Source of the DNA: Basidiobolus meristosporus CBS 931.73
Taxonomy: Eukaryota; Fungi; Basidiobolomycota
Direction of reading: 5' to 3'
DNA: 64,000 nucleotides
Assembly (NCBI GenBank): GCA_002104905.1
Contig: MCFE01000216.1
Location: forward strand, 62,348 to 126,347
Position 1 is the first letter of the stretch; each line of letters begins with the position of its first letter. This document shows positions 35,969 through 48,193 of this stretch, piece after piece. The translations under genes and the position numbers were made by a program. The notes beneath the pieces are model-generated. The model worked only from the letters and a program-made list of their open reading frames with translations, made no database searches and had not been told where the DNA came from.

Positions 35969-37072
35969 CAGTACTGATGCTATTGAGTAGGTGATGTAAC
36001 GAAATTCTTTGTAATAAATGTAGTATCGTATAGTCATTGCTTGTGACTGGACTTCCGGTAAATCACGTGATGCATGATCGAATCTCAGTACCAGTTGACC
36101 AACCAGCCTAGTTACATCTACCGTTGATTCCATGCCTGTTACAGTGAGAGCTGCATGCTAGTCTACGCGGGAGTAACCTCTTCAAATAATCGGTCTTAAT
36201 GACAGCCTCTACATGCATGGTGAATAGAAGATGGAGACATGACAAGAGCGATTATCAGCGAAAGAATTGATGATTTGCCAAATTTTACTCACAGCTTGTG
36301 CATGAAACAAGGGGGTGTAAGACTTGGCCAAGCACCAGGGTGATCACATAGTGAATTGACATTTGTCAGATTTTCCCCATGATAAACAAATAACCAAATA
36401 ACAAAATGCCTCCTGAAACTCAATATCAATTTACTTCGTGCTCGCTTGAAACCAGAATTCAGCCATTCCGCTTCATTAGTCTATTTCCTCTCCAGTTGCC
36501 ATACTCCATCTTTGAGGCCCATCGAGTGACCATGCACGGAGAATTGTTGCCCTCTTCCTCCAATGCTACCATACTTGATACATAATGGCCACTTCTTCTA
36601 CCAGGGTGCGGACAGGTAGCGTGACCCTGTACTTACATAAAGTAATGTGTTACGAAAGGAGGGTATCAATCACTCTCCTGAGTTCGGAAAAGAACTAATC
36701 TGGTCATGTTCTTGTGTACCAAGGAGAGGGTGTTTCGCCGAACCAGTTGTGACCAAAAGAAAGTTAAATTGGCAGTGCTGTAGAAAGTGGTTTACCAATT
36801 GTAATGTCCTCTTCATCTGGTACTCATTGCCTAGTTTGGTGAAATATTCCTCAATACTGCCTTCTCTCACCGCCAACCCCCCTCTGAATTGAAGCAATTT
36901 CAGCATCGCTGGATTCGAGCCTCCATAGCAATGTCAGACTGGTGAAGTTGAAATTGAAATCGAAGCCACGAATGGAAACATCTCCCTCCTATTTCACTCT
37001 TGCGTCGACTACATCGAGGCTATTTAACCAACCCATTCCACCTGGGGTTCTTGGATTTTTCGTTTCCTCGCA

Positions 37073-38476
37073 ATGGCACGATCCGCAGCCGGGGTTTCTT
37101 CAGTTGTGTATACCGCATATAGCATCTACCTTGTCTCGGTTCTTGCTACCAGCTTTTATTTCTGGAAGTATCGGGATCATCCTGGTGTACGATCAAGAAG
37201 TATTCCCATCACCTTTATTGGAGTGGTGGCCAGTTTTTTCCTCTCCAGTGTCTATCTTGTGGGCCCACAAACCCAATTCCTTCCCTGCTTTGTTACACTA
37301 TGGAGTGGCTCTATTCTCACTCCGATCATTCTATTGTCCACCATCGGGAAGTTTCTCAGAGTTGCTTTTCTCTATCGAACCTCCCTGAGCAAACTGAAGG
37401 CCGAACGTTTACGGTTTGAGGAGCAGAAAGAGAAGAACAAGGCTTCTTCCATCTCATCGCAAAAAGAACAACTATTCGAGCCTTCGGACATCCTGTTGAC
37501 AGTTGACTCCTCTACCAACCTAAAATCCAACTCCGAGGTGGAGTTCAATGGCTCGTGGCTGCATAATCACTCGTATATCTTTGAGGACCGGTTCCTAATC
37601 CGACTTCTTGTGGGCTTTACCCTTTTGCACGTGATCATGACCGTGGTGATTCAGTGCTTGACTGTGGACTACGGCTTCTCCGCTCCATTGAGAGACGATT
37701 GTCTATCCGGATGGGAGTTCATTCCGGTGTATGTCGTGGGGTCCTGTGAGATTTTCGTCCTGGGCCCGATTGTAATCCAGTACATCCGTGGTGTGACGGA
37801 TGCCTACAGCATTGTGAAAGAGCTGGTGATGGTTGTGTTGACCACGGGGGTGGGAATGTGCCTGTATCTGGTCTTTGCTTACGTTCCCCCGGTATACGAT
37901 GTAAGATACACCATACCCGTCGGAGTGTGGGGCTTCACTACTTTATGGAGTATCCATCTGTTAAACTGCGGGCTACCACTGCTTGAGATTTATATGACCA
38001 ACCAGCGCTCAAAGAACCTACCTCGAGATAGAAAACATCCATCCTTCGAAGAAGTCCTTGACCATCCGGTCCTCTTTGAGAAGTTCAAGGCTTTCTCCGT
38101 TAAAGACTTCAGTGTAGAGAACACGTTGTTCTACGAACGTTACGTACGACTCAAGACCACCCCCTCTATTCTGGTGAAGAATTTCCTTGCCAGGGGATTG
38201 CCGAGCGAAATTCAGAATGAACTATACTCGATATACAACACGTTCATCAGAGATGATTCCGAATACCAGGTGAATCTGCGGGGAGAAACGCTCCGAGAAA
38301 TTGAGCTTCGCATCCGGGACAAGGACTACTCCATAGATATGTTCGAGACTGCATTGACCGAGGTAAAATTGCTGATGTACCAACACACTTTTAAGCGATA
38401 CCTACAACAGGAGTTCCAGCCGATAACCGGTTATCAAAACAACCAGGATTACGAATTGCATAGTATATTAGTATAA
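37073..38476 (+). CDS. Seven-transmembrane RGS-domain protein (467 aa, intronless)
   Basis: Seven hydrophobic segments, then RGS box FEEVLDHP...FKAFSVKDFSVENTLFY...IYNTFIR..SEYQVNL...MF..A..EV..LM..HTFKRY. Confidence 0.85.
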   Translation: MARSAAGVSSVVYTAYSIYLVSVLATSFYFWKYRDHPGVRSRSIPITFIGVVASFFLSSVYLVGPQTQFLPCFVTLWSGSILTPIILLSTIGKFLRVAFLYRTSLSKLKAERLRFEEQKEKNKASSISSQKEQLFEPSDILLTVDSSTNLKSNSEVEFNGSWLHNHSYIFEDRFLIRLLVGFTLLHVIMTVVIQCLTVDYGFSAPLRDDCLSGWEFIPVYVVGSCEIFVLGPIVIQYIRGVTDAYSIVKELVMVVLTTGVGMCLYLVFAYVPPVYDVRYTIPVGVWGFTTLWSIHLLNCGLPLLEIYMTNQRSKNLPRDRKHPSFEEVLDHPVLFEKFKAFSVKDFSVENTLFYERYVRLKTTPSILVKNFLARGLPSEIQNELYSIYNTFIRDDSEYQVNLRGETLREIELRIRDKDYSIDMFETALTEVKLLMYQHTFKRYLQQEFQPITGYQNNQDYELHSILV

Positions 38477-38843
38477 TAGGACTTTTTTGGTAGCCACAAA
38501 TTTTGTTGGATAGCATTTAATCTCTTTGTCAGTCTTATTAATCAACCACCGTAACTCCCATATTGAGTTTCTAAGATAAAGCTTCCGGAAACATGCTGGG
38601 CTGCCTGCTGATTAGTGCGTCTCAGGATCACTGCTTTCCTTCCTGATTCAAGGGGTCACTTGAACATTGTGATGCATTGTAATTGTCATCCTACTCCATC
38701 ATGCTAGATTTGGCCTGACATTAAATTAAAGCGCAGCATTGCGGATGAGTTCTAATCATATTCTCAGAATATGGGGTTTATTTATGGACATTTCGAGCTA
38801 CTTCTCTATGTTTCTATATCTATTCGCCCAGACTGGTGGGTGG

Positions 38844-39434
38844 CTATTTGATGAAAGACGTGGTAGATCCAGCCGAGGTTCCTGAAAGGGTGGTTCTAAC
38901 AGAGCAGCCCGAGGAGGCTTGGTCTGAGTTCCTTAGAGGTCCATCCAGCAGGGTTTTGTAGAGCCATCTGTCGAGGATTTTCAGCGCGATCATCACGAAG
39001 AGTCCGCTGTTGAGCGCGCCTTCGTACAGATCTATGGTAAAAGATTTTCTACCGTAAATGACGACAGTGTTTATCTCCGCAACCAGGGTTCCATCGCAGG
39101 CATAACATTGTGGAGCAAGTCCGTCCAGAATCCAGCTGAAGTGTTCCTCGTCTACGGTGAAGTCACATTTGCTACTATTAGTCCACTGCATAACCACAGG
39201 ACTTTGCATTCCAAGTTGATCCTCCAATCTGGTGGAATCTAAACTACTCGTGCTTTGCCAGGCGACTACCTTTCCTTCGACTTTTGTGAGAAGGTCCCTT
39301 CCAGAGTTGTCCATATATCGTTGCTTGGTGTATAGTAGCTCCTCAGTCGCGGGATTGCGAAGCTCATAGAATCCCTTGAACACTCCCGGCTTGACTAGAT
39401 ACACGCTACTACAGGAGCTAGAAATGCTTGGCAT
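38844..39434 (-). CDS. Hypothetical protein (196 aa), possibly LURP-one/tubby C-terminal-like
   Basis: Intact ATG ORF with beta-rich pattern ending in an amphipathic helix (LFVMIALKILDRW); the fold assignment is only a resemblance. Confidence 0.5.
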   Translation of the reverse strand: MPSISSSCSSVYLVKPGVFKGFYELRNPATEELLYTKQRYMDNSGRDLLTKVEGKVVAWQSTSSLDSTRLEDQLGMQSPVVMQWTNSSKCDFTVDEEHFSWILDGLAPQCYACDGTLVAEINTVVIYGRKSFTIDLYEGALNSGLFVMIALKILDRWLYKTLLDGPLRNSDQASSGCSVRTTLSGTSAGSTTSFIK

Positions 39435-40058
39435 GGTTTCTTATCTAAAGAGATTGAATGAAGTCCTCCGGGGGATTTATATGATCACGACGGACGATAG
39501 CAGTTCCACGAGGCCTTTTAAATAGAATGAGTGTACACTTACCAAAACCGGTTTTACTTGACTGGTTTTGCTTTTTTGCCCCTGTGTTCTCTCCTATCTA
39601 ACACGCTTCCAGTCCATGATATGATGAAGGCATGCACGGAGCGCAATTGATGCAGCATTTTATTTGAATCCGATTCAGTTGTGCCTTCGCGAACAGCCAC
39701 ATCCAGCTTAACACCAAGTCTAATTGTCCAAAAATGGATCACACATCCTGCTAGCTACGTGTCAGCAAGGATTGTGTTCCTTGTATTGTACCATAACGTG
39801 GCTACAAAGGCGATTAATTTCTTAACAAGGTGACCCCACTACTTGGGATCTCAGACCCGGACTCTTCTTGGATCAACATGACCATCATGATCCGACACCT
39901 GATCACAACCTCAGCCCTGCATGACTTCATCTGGGTCCCAACGATTAGGTTCCCAGAGATCGGCAAGGCCGTTTGGCCGAATCGGTGTCCGTCCAATTCC
40001 GAAAATGGTTCCAACAAAGAGGGAGATCACCCAAAATAGGGAAGGCCATGCGACACTC

Positions 40059-41075
40059 CTACTGGGAATCATCGACTGTTTTATTCAGAATCAAGCATAT
40101 ACCATACAATTCACAAAAACGTTGAGAATTCAGTGAACCCACATACTTTTGGAATAGGTCATCAATGAGCGCTGGATGGTTGCCTTGTTGACATGTCTGC
40201 ACCCCAATCTCCATCCATTGAAGGTACTTCTGTATGTTGGATTCTCGGACCCCCACCAACTCGCATATCTCCTCCGTCTCCAAACATTCGTGCGCCCTTA
40301 GGATCATATGAGGCTTCCCCTTTTTAATCCCCTTGCCGTTGGAGAGGAAACGATAAGGACGCATGATAAAACTCATACCATGCTTAAGGTTGTTGGGTTT
40401 ACTTGAATTCAACGACAAGCCAATTCTAGGTGATTCCAGGAGTTTGGTCGGTTGTATTAGTTCACTGCTAGGGTTTAGTTCCAAGCCTAAGATATGAGTG
40501 GACTTGGGACTGCTACGCCAACCCTTCGGTAATATTGCCGAAAGCTCAGGGTCGAGCTGCTCCACCAAGTCACTGATCGACTTGTTTCCAGTGACTTTGA
40601 GTATGTGGTCCACACATAGTGAGGGTCCTTCAATAATCCCAAGTCCGCTTTTTCTGACACTTTTTTCTGCCCTTGGAACGTTTGATACGACCAATTCTAT
40701 ACTTCGTATCAGAAAGGCAAAGGTCACATTGGGATCAGTCGATAATGTGAGGTCGAGCCCCTTGTAGGTACCCCCACGATATTTTGCCGTATCACTGGAA
40801 CCAGCCCGGTGAAAATACCACCGCCCAAACAAACTTTGCAACGTTTGCTCGTGGGTAAACGGGTCGGGATGGTTCTCACTGCGGATATAAAACTCGCCTT
40901 CCAGGATTCTATAGGGGTTTCCCTTAATAAACAAGATAGACTTTCCCAGTATTATCTGAGCCAGTTTGTGCAACTTCTTCTGAACATTTCCTTTCGTGGA
41001 GAGTATACTGTCAACAAGCTTTTGCAACGAGGCTATGGAATTCGAAGGCATTTTAGGTTGTCCATTTCGCATCAT
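40059..41075 (-). CDS. Divergent AAG/MPG (3-methyladenine DNA glycosylase)-like protein, intronless
   Basis: YRILEGEFY (cf. RIVETEAY), DPFTH (cf. D.A.H), LIRSIE, EGPSLC, SPRIGL and PYRF occur in AAG motif order. Start codon uncertain (41075 or 41051). Confidence 0.65.
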   Translation of the reverse strand: MMRNGQPKMPSNSIASLQKLVDSILSTKGNVQKKLHKLAQIILGKSILFIKGNPYRILEGEFYIRSENHPDPFTHEQTLQSLFGRWYFHRAGSSDTAKYRGGTYKGLDLTLSTDPNVTFAFLIRSIELVVSNVPRAEKSVRKSGLGIIEGPSLCVDHILKVTGNKSISDLVEQLDPELSAILPKGWRSSPKSTHILGLELNPSSELIQPTKLLESPRIGLSLNSSKPNNLKHGMSFIMRPYRFLSNGKGIKKGKPHMILRAHECLETEEICELVGVRESNIQKYLQWMEIGVQTCQQGNHPALIDDLFQKYVGSLNSQRFCELYGICLILNKTVDDSQ

Positions 41076-41989
41076 CACCCAAAGGATTTTCCATCGAGCC
41101 AGTCACGTGTCCAATGTATCTGTAAACAAGAATGATGATAAATTACCACCATATTACCATTGCTTTCCGTATATGGGACTCGCAATGATCCTACCATGGT
41201 ATGCTGGTATCTATGGATTGGCCCAACCCTCCCCTCTCTCTTATTTCACACACCTATTTTTAGCCAAATGACTTCAATCTACAACCGATTCCACCGGGAA
41301 TATTACATATCCTTTTCCCCCTATAGTAGACAACAGCATGTATGTGTAAACTTCAAAGGTGTTGCTTTATACAGAAGTTGCTGTTTTACTGTAGCGCTTA
41401 CACCTAGCGTCAGTTGGTTGTTTTTCTCTCAAGAAGTAAATCAAAAAGGGGGATTTGTCTTACTGTCATTAGATTTGTACACATCTATTAATAACCTTTC
41501 AAGCTTGTGTCTCCCTTCCGCTCACAATAGTAGGCTAGGATTTTTAGGGACACTAAGCAGAGATGTGTCACAAGTAATCTCCATCGTATCATCCACTAGA
41601 GCAGTTTTAGTAAGGTATGTTCGCCGGCATCGGGTGTCCGGGAGGATGAAATTGTAGTTTTGGGCAGCAAGCTCCTTGGACTCTGTAAAATGCCAGGAAT
41701 ATCCATATTTATTCATACAGAGATGAGGAGCGTTCAATTGAAGAGGCCAACAGTGAGCAGGATATATTGTTGAATCGAGTCAACAATTGTCAGTGCATTC
41801 CCAAATTAGACTAATCGGGGTTCTTTCTTCCGAATCATGTTGTTGTGGCTTTCTGATCTTGAAGTACAGATATACCTCGAATGAGCCCCAATGCTACCGT
41901 CGAATCACTATAAAATGAGGCTGATCCCAGCGGTGGGCCCAACTGGACCTGATGTATTTATTGTTGTGCCTATTCTCGACCCCACCAAG

Positions 41990-42958
41990 ATGACTGAAAA
42001 AAGGATTTCCCTTGAAATCTATCCCTTGGAAGATTCCTTCACCCTCTCCAACCATTCTCCCCAGGAGACCAGTACACTCCGTGGCCAGGTTGCCCTGCGC
42101 CTCGAAAAGCCTACCAAATTCTATTCTCTGTCTCTTCAACTTAAAGGCTACACGGAAGCTTCAAGCGCTGGCTGGAAGCCACCCACACTAAAGCACTTGG
42201 CTCGGCACAAATTGGTCGATACCACCGTTAGCATCTTCAAATCCGTCAAAGATTCATATATGTTGAAATCGGGTACTCACGTGTTCGATTTCGAACTTCC
42301 CGTAAGTAACCATCTTCCGGAAACGGTCAATTCGAACTATTTCAACATCAAGTACAAATTGGTGGCGATGGCGAAACGTCCCCTGTCGGCCAACGTCATG
42401 GCCAGCAAGCCCGTCGTTATCTCCAGACTTTCCAATGAAACGGAGGAGGTCGAAACCTCCATTTCGATCTCCAAGATGTGGCAGCATGTAATGGGATACG
42501 ATATTTCCATGAATAAGCAAGTGTGTCTTGGAGAGAATGTCCCGATCGAGTATTCATTAAGACCAGTCAAAAGCGGAGTGAGAGTTATCAAATTTGCCTA
42601 TACCTTGTGTGAGACTGTCCGTTATGTGGACCCCAAAACCAACCACACGAAGGTCGAGCGTAAACGGGTGCCCCTCGAGACAGAGTCCCATCCTAGCGGA
42701 CCCAACACGAAGCTTCACCACCTCCAGATACCGAATGATCTGCAACCGGATGTGGCGAGCGACATGATCTGTGCTGAGCATAAGCTCGAGATCAAAATAT
42801 TCGTCGACGCTCGTGGGCAGAGGAAATCCATCACTGTCAGCTTCCCGATTAACCTCATGAGCGGCCAAGAATTGCTGCTCAATGAGCCATTGCCTCTGTA
42901 TGAGGCGACAGAATACTCCCGCTCACTCCCGCCTCTCTACAATGCCATCCACGCTTGA
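41990..42958 (+). CDS. Alpha-arrestin (arrestin N and C domains, PY-like motifs), intronless
   Basis: LRGQVALRLEKPTKF.SLSLQLKG, GTHVFDFELP...LPETV...Y.NIKYKL, VEHKL-like EHKLEIKI, C-terminal PLPLY and LPPLY. ATG 41990 preferred over 41891. Confidence 0.85.
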   Translation: MTEKRISLEIYPLEDSFTLSNHSPQETSTLRGQVALRLEKPTKFYSLSLQLKGYTEASSAGWKPPTLKHLARHKLVDTTVSIFKSVKDSYMLKSGTHVFDFELPVSNHLPETVNSNYFNIKYKLVAMAKRPLSANVMASKPVVISRLSNETEEVETSISISKMWQHVMGYDISMNKQVCLGENVPIEYSLRPVKSGVRVIKFAYTLCETVRYVDPKTNHTKVERKRVPLETESHPSGPNTKLHHLQIPNDLQPDVASDMICAEHKLEIKIFVDARGQRKSITVSFPINLMSGQELLLNEPLPLYEATEYSRSLPPLYNAIHA

Positions 42959-43617
42959 GACCTGCTGTAAAGTTCCGTTGTATATACCAACCTTCGTCTT
43001 CCATACATATTACCATAATTGTGCATTCACCAAATTAATTTCTAATAAAAATCGAATTCTAGCCATTACAAGACAATCCTCATGGTTCTGATGATTCTTA
43101 GGGATTAGCTTCATCCTGGGAAGTGCGGCCATGTGCACCGTAGCACACAGATGCAAAGAAAAAAATGCAATGCACAGCCCAAACAAATGAAGCGTCTATA
43201 TGTGACCAATGCACTGCTACCATTTACAGTCCTCCCCCATTCAGCAATCATGAATCACCGGACATGTGGAACGTAATACGGAGGTTATTGTCCTCTCCTT
43301 GGAAGAAATGTTCTATACATGTGCTTTAGCTATAAAGAGATTTATTCCAGAATAGATCTGGAGTTCTGTAGTCATTTGGGATTAGGTATGTATCGCCAAT
43401 TTCAGCGCATCTAACCCTTCGTAGAAATGCCCCACTCCGGTATCAAAGGTAATGGAGGATAGTGCGCATAAAATACCTTCGACATATATTTATTATACAT
43501 ATTTATCTAAGTAGCTGTATGTGGGACAAGATGGAAAAAAAGTCAAGACTGTAGCATGTAATTAAAGAAGTAAGAAGGTAATTTGACGAAGTGGTCCAAG
43601 TCTTCACGCATTCTATT

Positions 43618-46600
43618 CTACTCTTCGGTCTCCATGATTTCCATGCCAGCAGGACTGAACAGATCCATGGCATGAAGTGTATAATCCATGATGTATGAGT
43701 TGGTAATAAGTTGATCGATTCGGCTGAAGTGTCTTTCGGTGTATGGCAGAATTCCGTCAAGAAGCTAGATTAATCAACAATGTTAGGACTATTGATGGTG
43801 TCGCCTGCCTGGAGATTGTTAAACCTACCTCTTTGATGTTTTTGATTTCCAACAACTTCTCGGATGTGTAAGCTCTAAGAATGGCGTTGAGAACAGTCTG
43901 GGCAACGGCAGATTGCTTGGCATTCGTATTCCAATCACGAATGTAGGTCAAGAGCAACTCCAACTGTTCGTTCGATAGTTCGGCTAAGGTGTCATCAATG
44001 GCCGAAGCTCCGGTGATGCTCTCGTCGCCTACAATGAAGTTAGAATAGGAAACCCCGCGAGACGATGGTCGAGTCTAGTTTACCTTCTGGTCGGTTGTTG
44101 ATCACTTCGATGAAGATACTAAGGAGGCGCTTAGGCTGGTTAAGGGATAATGCTAATGCGATGGCGTTGCGGTAATCTTTCTTGACTAGGTAATTGGCAA
44201 GATCTTGTTCCTTCAATAGGGTCTCCTCTTGCTCAGCCAATAGTTTCTCTTTTTCTGCTTCGGTGAAATCTTCCCAGATGTTAATCACAGAATCCGCCCC
44301 GCCGGTGGTGATAAACTTTTCATCACTACGGACTTTCAGGGCCCAAACCTGGTAGGTGGCAACGAGTTAGTTTCCCATGGATATCACTCGCGAATCATGA
44401 GATGGATTACCTTCTCTGTGTGATTATCCAAGGTTGCCACACATTCATTATTTTTGACGGTCCAGATCTTCACAAGTCCATCGGAGGCACAAGAGGCCAA
44501 CTGGAGGCCGGATGTCAAGAAAGACACCTTCAAGACGGAGTTTGTGTGTCCCTCGAATGTCTAATTTGGAGATCCGGTTAGAAACTGCCATATCTGGTAG
44601 AAAAGATTCGCAAATAAAGTGACCTTTAAGCAAGAGAAGTCATTCATGGACCAGATCTTGATCGTTTTATCGCCTGAACTGGTAGCGAATACCTGATCAA
44701 CAGGGGAGAATTGCACACACCAAACACCTCTCTTATGACCACTGCAGGTAGCGACCAATTGACCGTCGGCAGCATTCCAGATCTTTCACCGCACGCATAC
44801 TTCATTAGCACAGAACGTACGGAAAACAAATCTATAATACACATACCTTGGCTGTCTTATCTTGGGAACCAGTAGCGAAGTACTTATCATTAGGTGCAAT
44901 AGCAACAGAGTTGATGTCCTTTTCATGAGCCTTGAACGTGTACATGGCATGTGGTTTGAAGCTGTCATCGGGGTTTTCGAAATCTATTGAAAGAATGAGG
45001 AAATTGTAGGAATGTACGTGGCTTCTTGTAACAACTCACCAAGTTCGGAGATATCCCAGCATTTGATGGTACGATCTTGACTTCCGGTGATCATGAAATC
45101 TGTAGACTTGCGAGAAATGGCCACAGCACCAATGGCCTCAGTGTGGCCAACACAAGTACCAACACACTTGAATCGGTCCTCAGCCTCTTCGGCATCCAAG
45201 TTTATACTCCAGATACGAGCAGTGTTGTCTTTGGAACCCGATACGAAGAACCCAGCATCCCTGCGCTCATCCATGCACAGAACAATATCACTGTGTCCAT
45301 AGAGAATGTCGCAATCGAATTTTTCCAGATTGAAAACACGAATTTGCTCACTGTTGGTGGCAACAGCAAGGTGGCTCTCATCCTCACCGAGATACGCCAA
45401 GTCAATGACCTCTTCATTGTAGCCAACAATTTGGCGTACTCGCTTCAAGCCGGAGGGAAGATCATAGATGAGGATGTTCTGGTCGTTGGTGACTGCAGCC
45501 AAGGTTTGGCTTTGTGTAGAGTAGATTACGTCTACTAGAGTGTGCTTGCTGTTCTGTTCGGGCTTTTGTGAATGAACTAACTTGCCGGTCTCGAAGTCCC
45601 AGAGACGAATCAATCCTGGTAACAGGCTTGTTAATAGAGGCCTCTTGAAGACGCACAGGTGATAACATACCTTTATCGCCGCCAGTGTAGAAGAGTTGTC
45701 TTCCCTTTGGAATGCTGGAATCGTTGAATTCGGTGTCCTCTTTGATCATACCCACAGTTTCAATGGTCTACCAACATACATCATGAGAATTACATATAAT
45801 GCAAAGCCACACGTCGACCACAAACCTCATAGATTGGTAAGGTTCTCTTCAATTTGTACTTTTTGAGGTCCCACACATTGACAACCTTGTCTCTGGAACC
45901 GGAGATAAGCTGAAGCCCATCGTGGGAAAAGTCCAGCCCACGAATGACACTGACGTGGCTTTCGAGAACGGCAAGACACCTAAAGAAGCACGCCAAGGTT
46001 TCAGTACAAAGGCAGTATCTCATGTCCTAAAGAAACACTTACTTGCGGCTCATCAAATCCCAAACTCGAATGGTGCAATCATCCGAACCAGACACCAAGT
46101 GCAGCTGGCCCTTATCGGGATGAAATTTGAGGGCACTAATAACACCACCATGGCCCTTGAAGTTGTGGGTGCAATAACCCTTATCGATATCCCACACTTT
46201 GACGGTACTATCGGCTGATCCAGTAGCCACCAGTGTAGAGGTGGGATCAATTGCCATGACAATTACAGGCGCTTCATGGCCCTGTGTATGAGGTTTCAAG
46301 CGATTATCAGAGTGTGCCCTGTGGTTGATGAAGGTGGTGGTGCTGAACTAACCTTGAAGCTTCTGGCTATGGTGAAGGTGCTCATGTCCCACACCTTGAT
46401 CGAAAGACTTCTACTGGCCGAGACTAAATGCTTTCCATCCGGCTTGATGGCAAAAGTGGTGACGACTTCAGAATCACCGGCCAGACGAGCAACACGTTTT
46501 CCACTCTCTAAATCAGTCACTTCCAGATCCTCGCCAACTGTGGTAATCAAGAGTTTATCGTCGTTTGTAACATCGCTTTTGCCGCCAGTATAAATCGACT

Positions 46601-46730
46601 CAATGGTGCGAACTGACTTGAAGCTTTAGGCAGAAGAGATTTAGATTTACCGCACCAACCACAAAGATACTTAAAGTGACCCGATTTACCTAGCTTTCAA
46701 TTGCAACTTTCCTTGGACAGGAGCAACCAT
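43618..46730 (-). CDS. UTP13: U3 snoRNA-associated WD40 protein Utp13/TBL3, multi-exon
   Basis: [16 protein letters not shown]; [31 protein letters not shown]...[12 protein letters not shown]; [13 protein letters not shown]; [10 protein letters not shown]; [23 protein letters not shown]. Confidence 0.95.
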
Positions 46731-47111
46731 TCTTCACTAAACGGTCTATGGAGAAAATCTAAGGTTCAACAAAGAGTATCCTACAAAACTTCCCAAAATT
46801 TCCAGGAAGTCCTATTCAGCAGGGAAAAAAAAGTCCTTGCACCGATGCAGATGTGAAGGAATAGTTTAAGCGCCGATCTAAACAGTTTTTTTTGGGTGAG
46901 GTGCCAAAGTGAAGTCAAATCTTTTTTTTTCTTTTTTTTTATTTATCAGGACATCGATGAAGCCCACTAGTCACAGTGTGATGAAAATGTGGATTAAATG
47001 CAATGCGGGAATCAAAATCTGACAATAACAATAAATATACAAGTAACGTTATAAAATAGCTTAAAATCACTCTAACTTATGCTTGTAATTATGATGTTTA
47101 TGGAGGAGAGA

Positions 47112-48193
47112 TTAATGCAGGCCAGTGGATTTCAGCAGTACACTTTCGGGCCGGCTTCTCGTGGTGTTTTGGGACTGACAAAAGCACTCGCACTCACACT
47201 CATGCCCTGTCTTCACCTCCACATGCTTCAACTCGTGCGATTCATGCTCGCCATTCTCAAGGCCTCGGTACATTGGGTCATTTGCTCGAGTGGAGTTACC
47301 GTGCTGATTGGATCGCTTGGAAAGCTCCTCGCTAAACATGCTTGTATTATTTGCCTGGGAGGTCCTGGTGGTGGATTTCCACAACTGGCTTGTCATAAGA
47401 CACGAGCCAATGACCGCTGAAATCGGAGGTTAGAGAATGGAATTGATCACCAGACACAGAGGTACTGCTTACCTGCGACAGCGAATAGGAGGACTCCAGT
47501 TTTGGCTGGCCCATTGATGATGGAGATGGTAACCAATAGAGTAGTAGAGAAGGTTATGCCAAACATGTAGATCAGCCCATCGTTTATGAGCGACTTCCAG
47601 TGAGTGGACTTTGCGCAACTCTGTTGTACTTTCAGCACCCAGAGAAAAATTCCAGAGTAGAACACGTTGAAGACGATGTCCAGCACTAGCTCCATCAACA
47701 GCCAGCGCTCCGGCAATATACTTAGGCAGATCTTTTCCACTTCTACCTTAATATGGGCTTCCCCAATGGCTGCCATTAATACCGACCCTATGAAGGCTAG
47801 CTCAAGTATTATGTGCATGATTAGCAGCCACAATGGCTTCTGAAGTGCGAAGTAGGCCTTGACAAACAAGAGGGAATGAAGGCCAATCAATACGCCGATC
47901 ACAAAGGTTTCTATGATACGCCCTTGAAGCCGACAGTCAGAAAGGGGGTATATGTAGCTGAAAAGCGCGGTGGTCATTAGTATCAATCCACACAGCGATT
48001 GGAAAAAGCACAGTATTGGGGCGGCAGCGAAGCGTTTCCTCTTTAAGATCAACCGAGTAGCATAGAAAAAGTTCGGTAGCATAGCGGTGAACATTACCGC
48101 ATAGATGAAGGTGAAGAGTTTGGATTGTTGAAATTGAGCGAACACAGCCGATGCGAGCTCATCAGTAAATTGATCTTCTCTTATCGGAGCCAT
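47112..48193 (-). CDS. Hypothetical multi-pass (probably 7TM) membrane protein, one intron (~47419-47472)
   Basis: Six hydrophobic segments in 48193-47473; donor gcag|gtaagc, branch ctctaac and acceptor tttcag join in frame to AVIGSCLMTSQLW and a polar tail ending at 47112. Confidence 0.7.

Noticed and set aside
36400-36940. Short minus-strand ORFs (e.g. 36670-36906) upstream of the 7TM-RGS gene
   Set aside because: No coherent spliced model or motif; may be promoter sequence or a relic.
41160-41740. ORFs 41160-41657 (+) and 41522-41737 (-)
   Set aside because: Non-ATG or short, with stops in the most protein-like frame and no recognisable domain.
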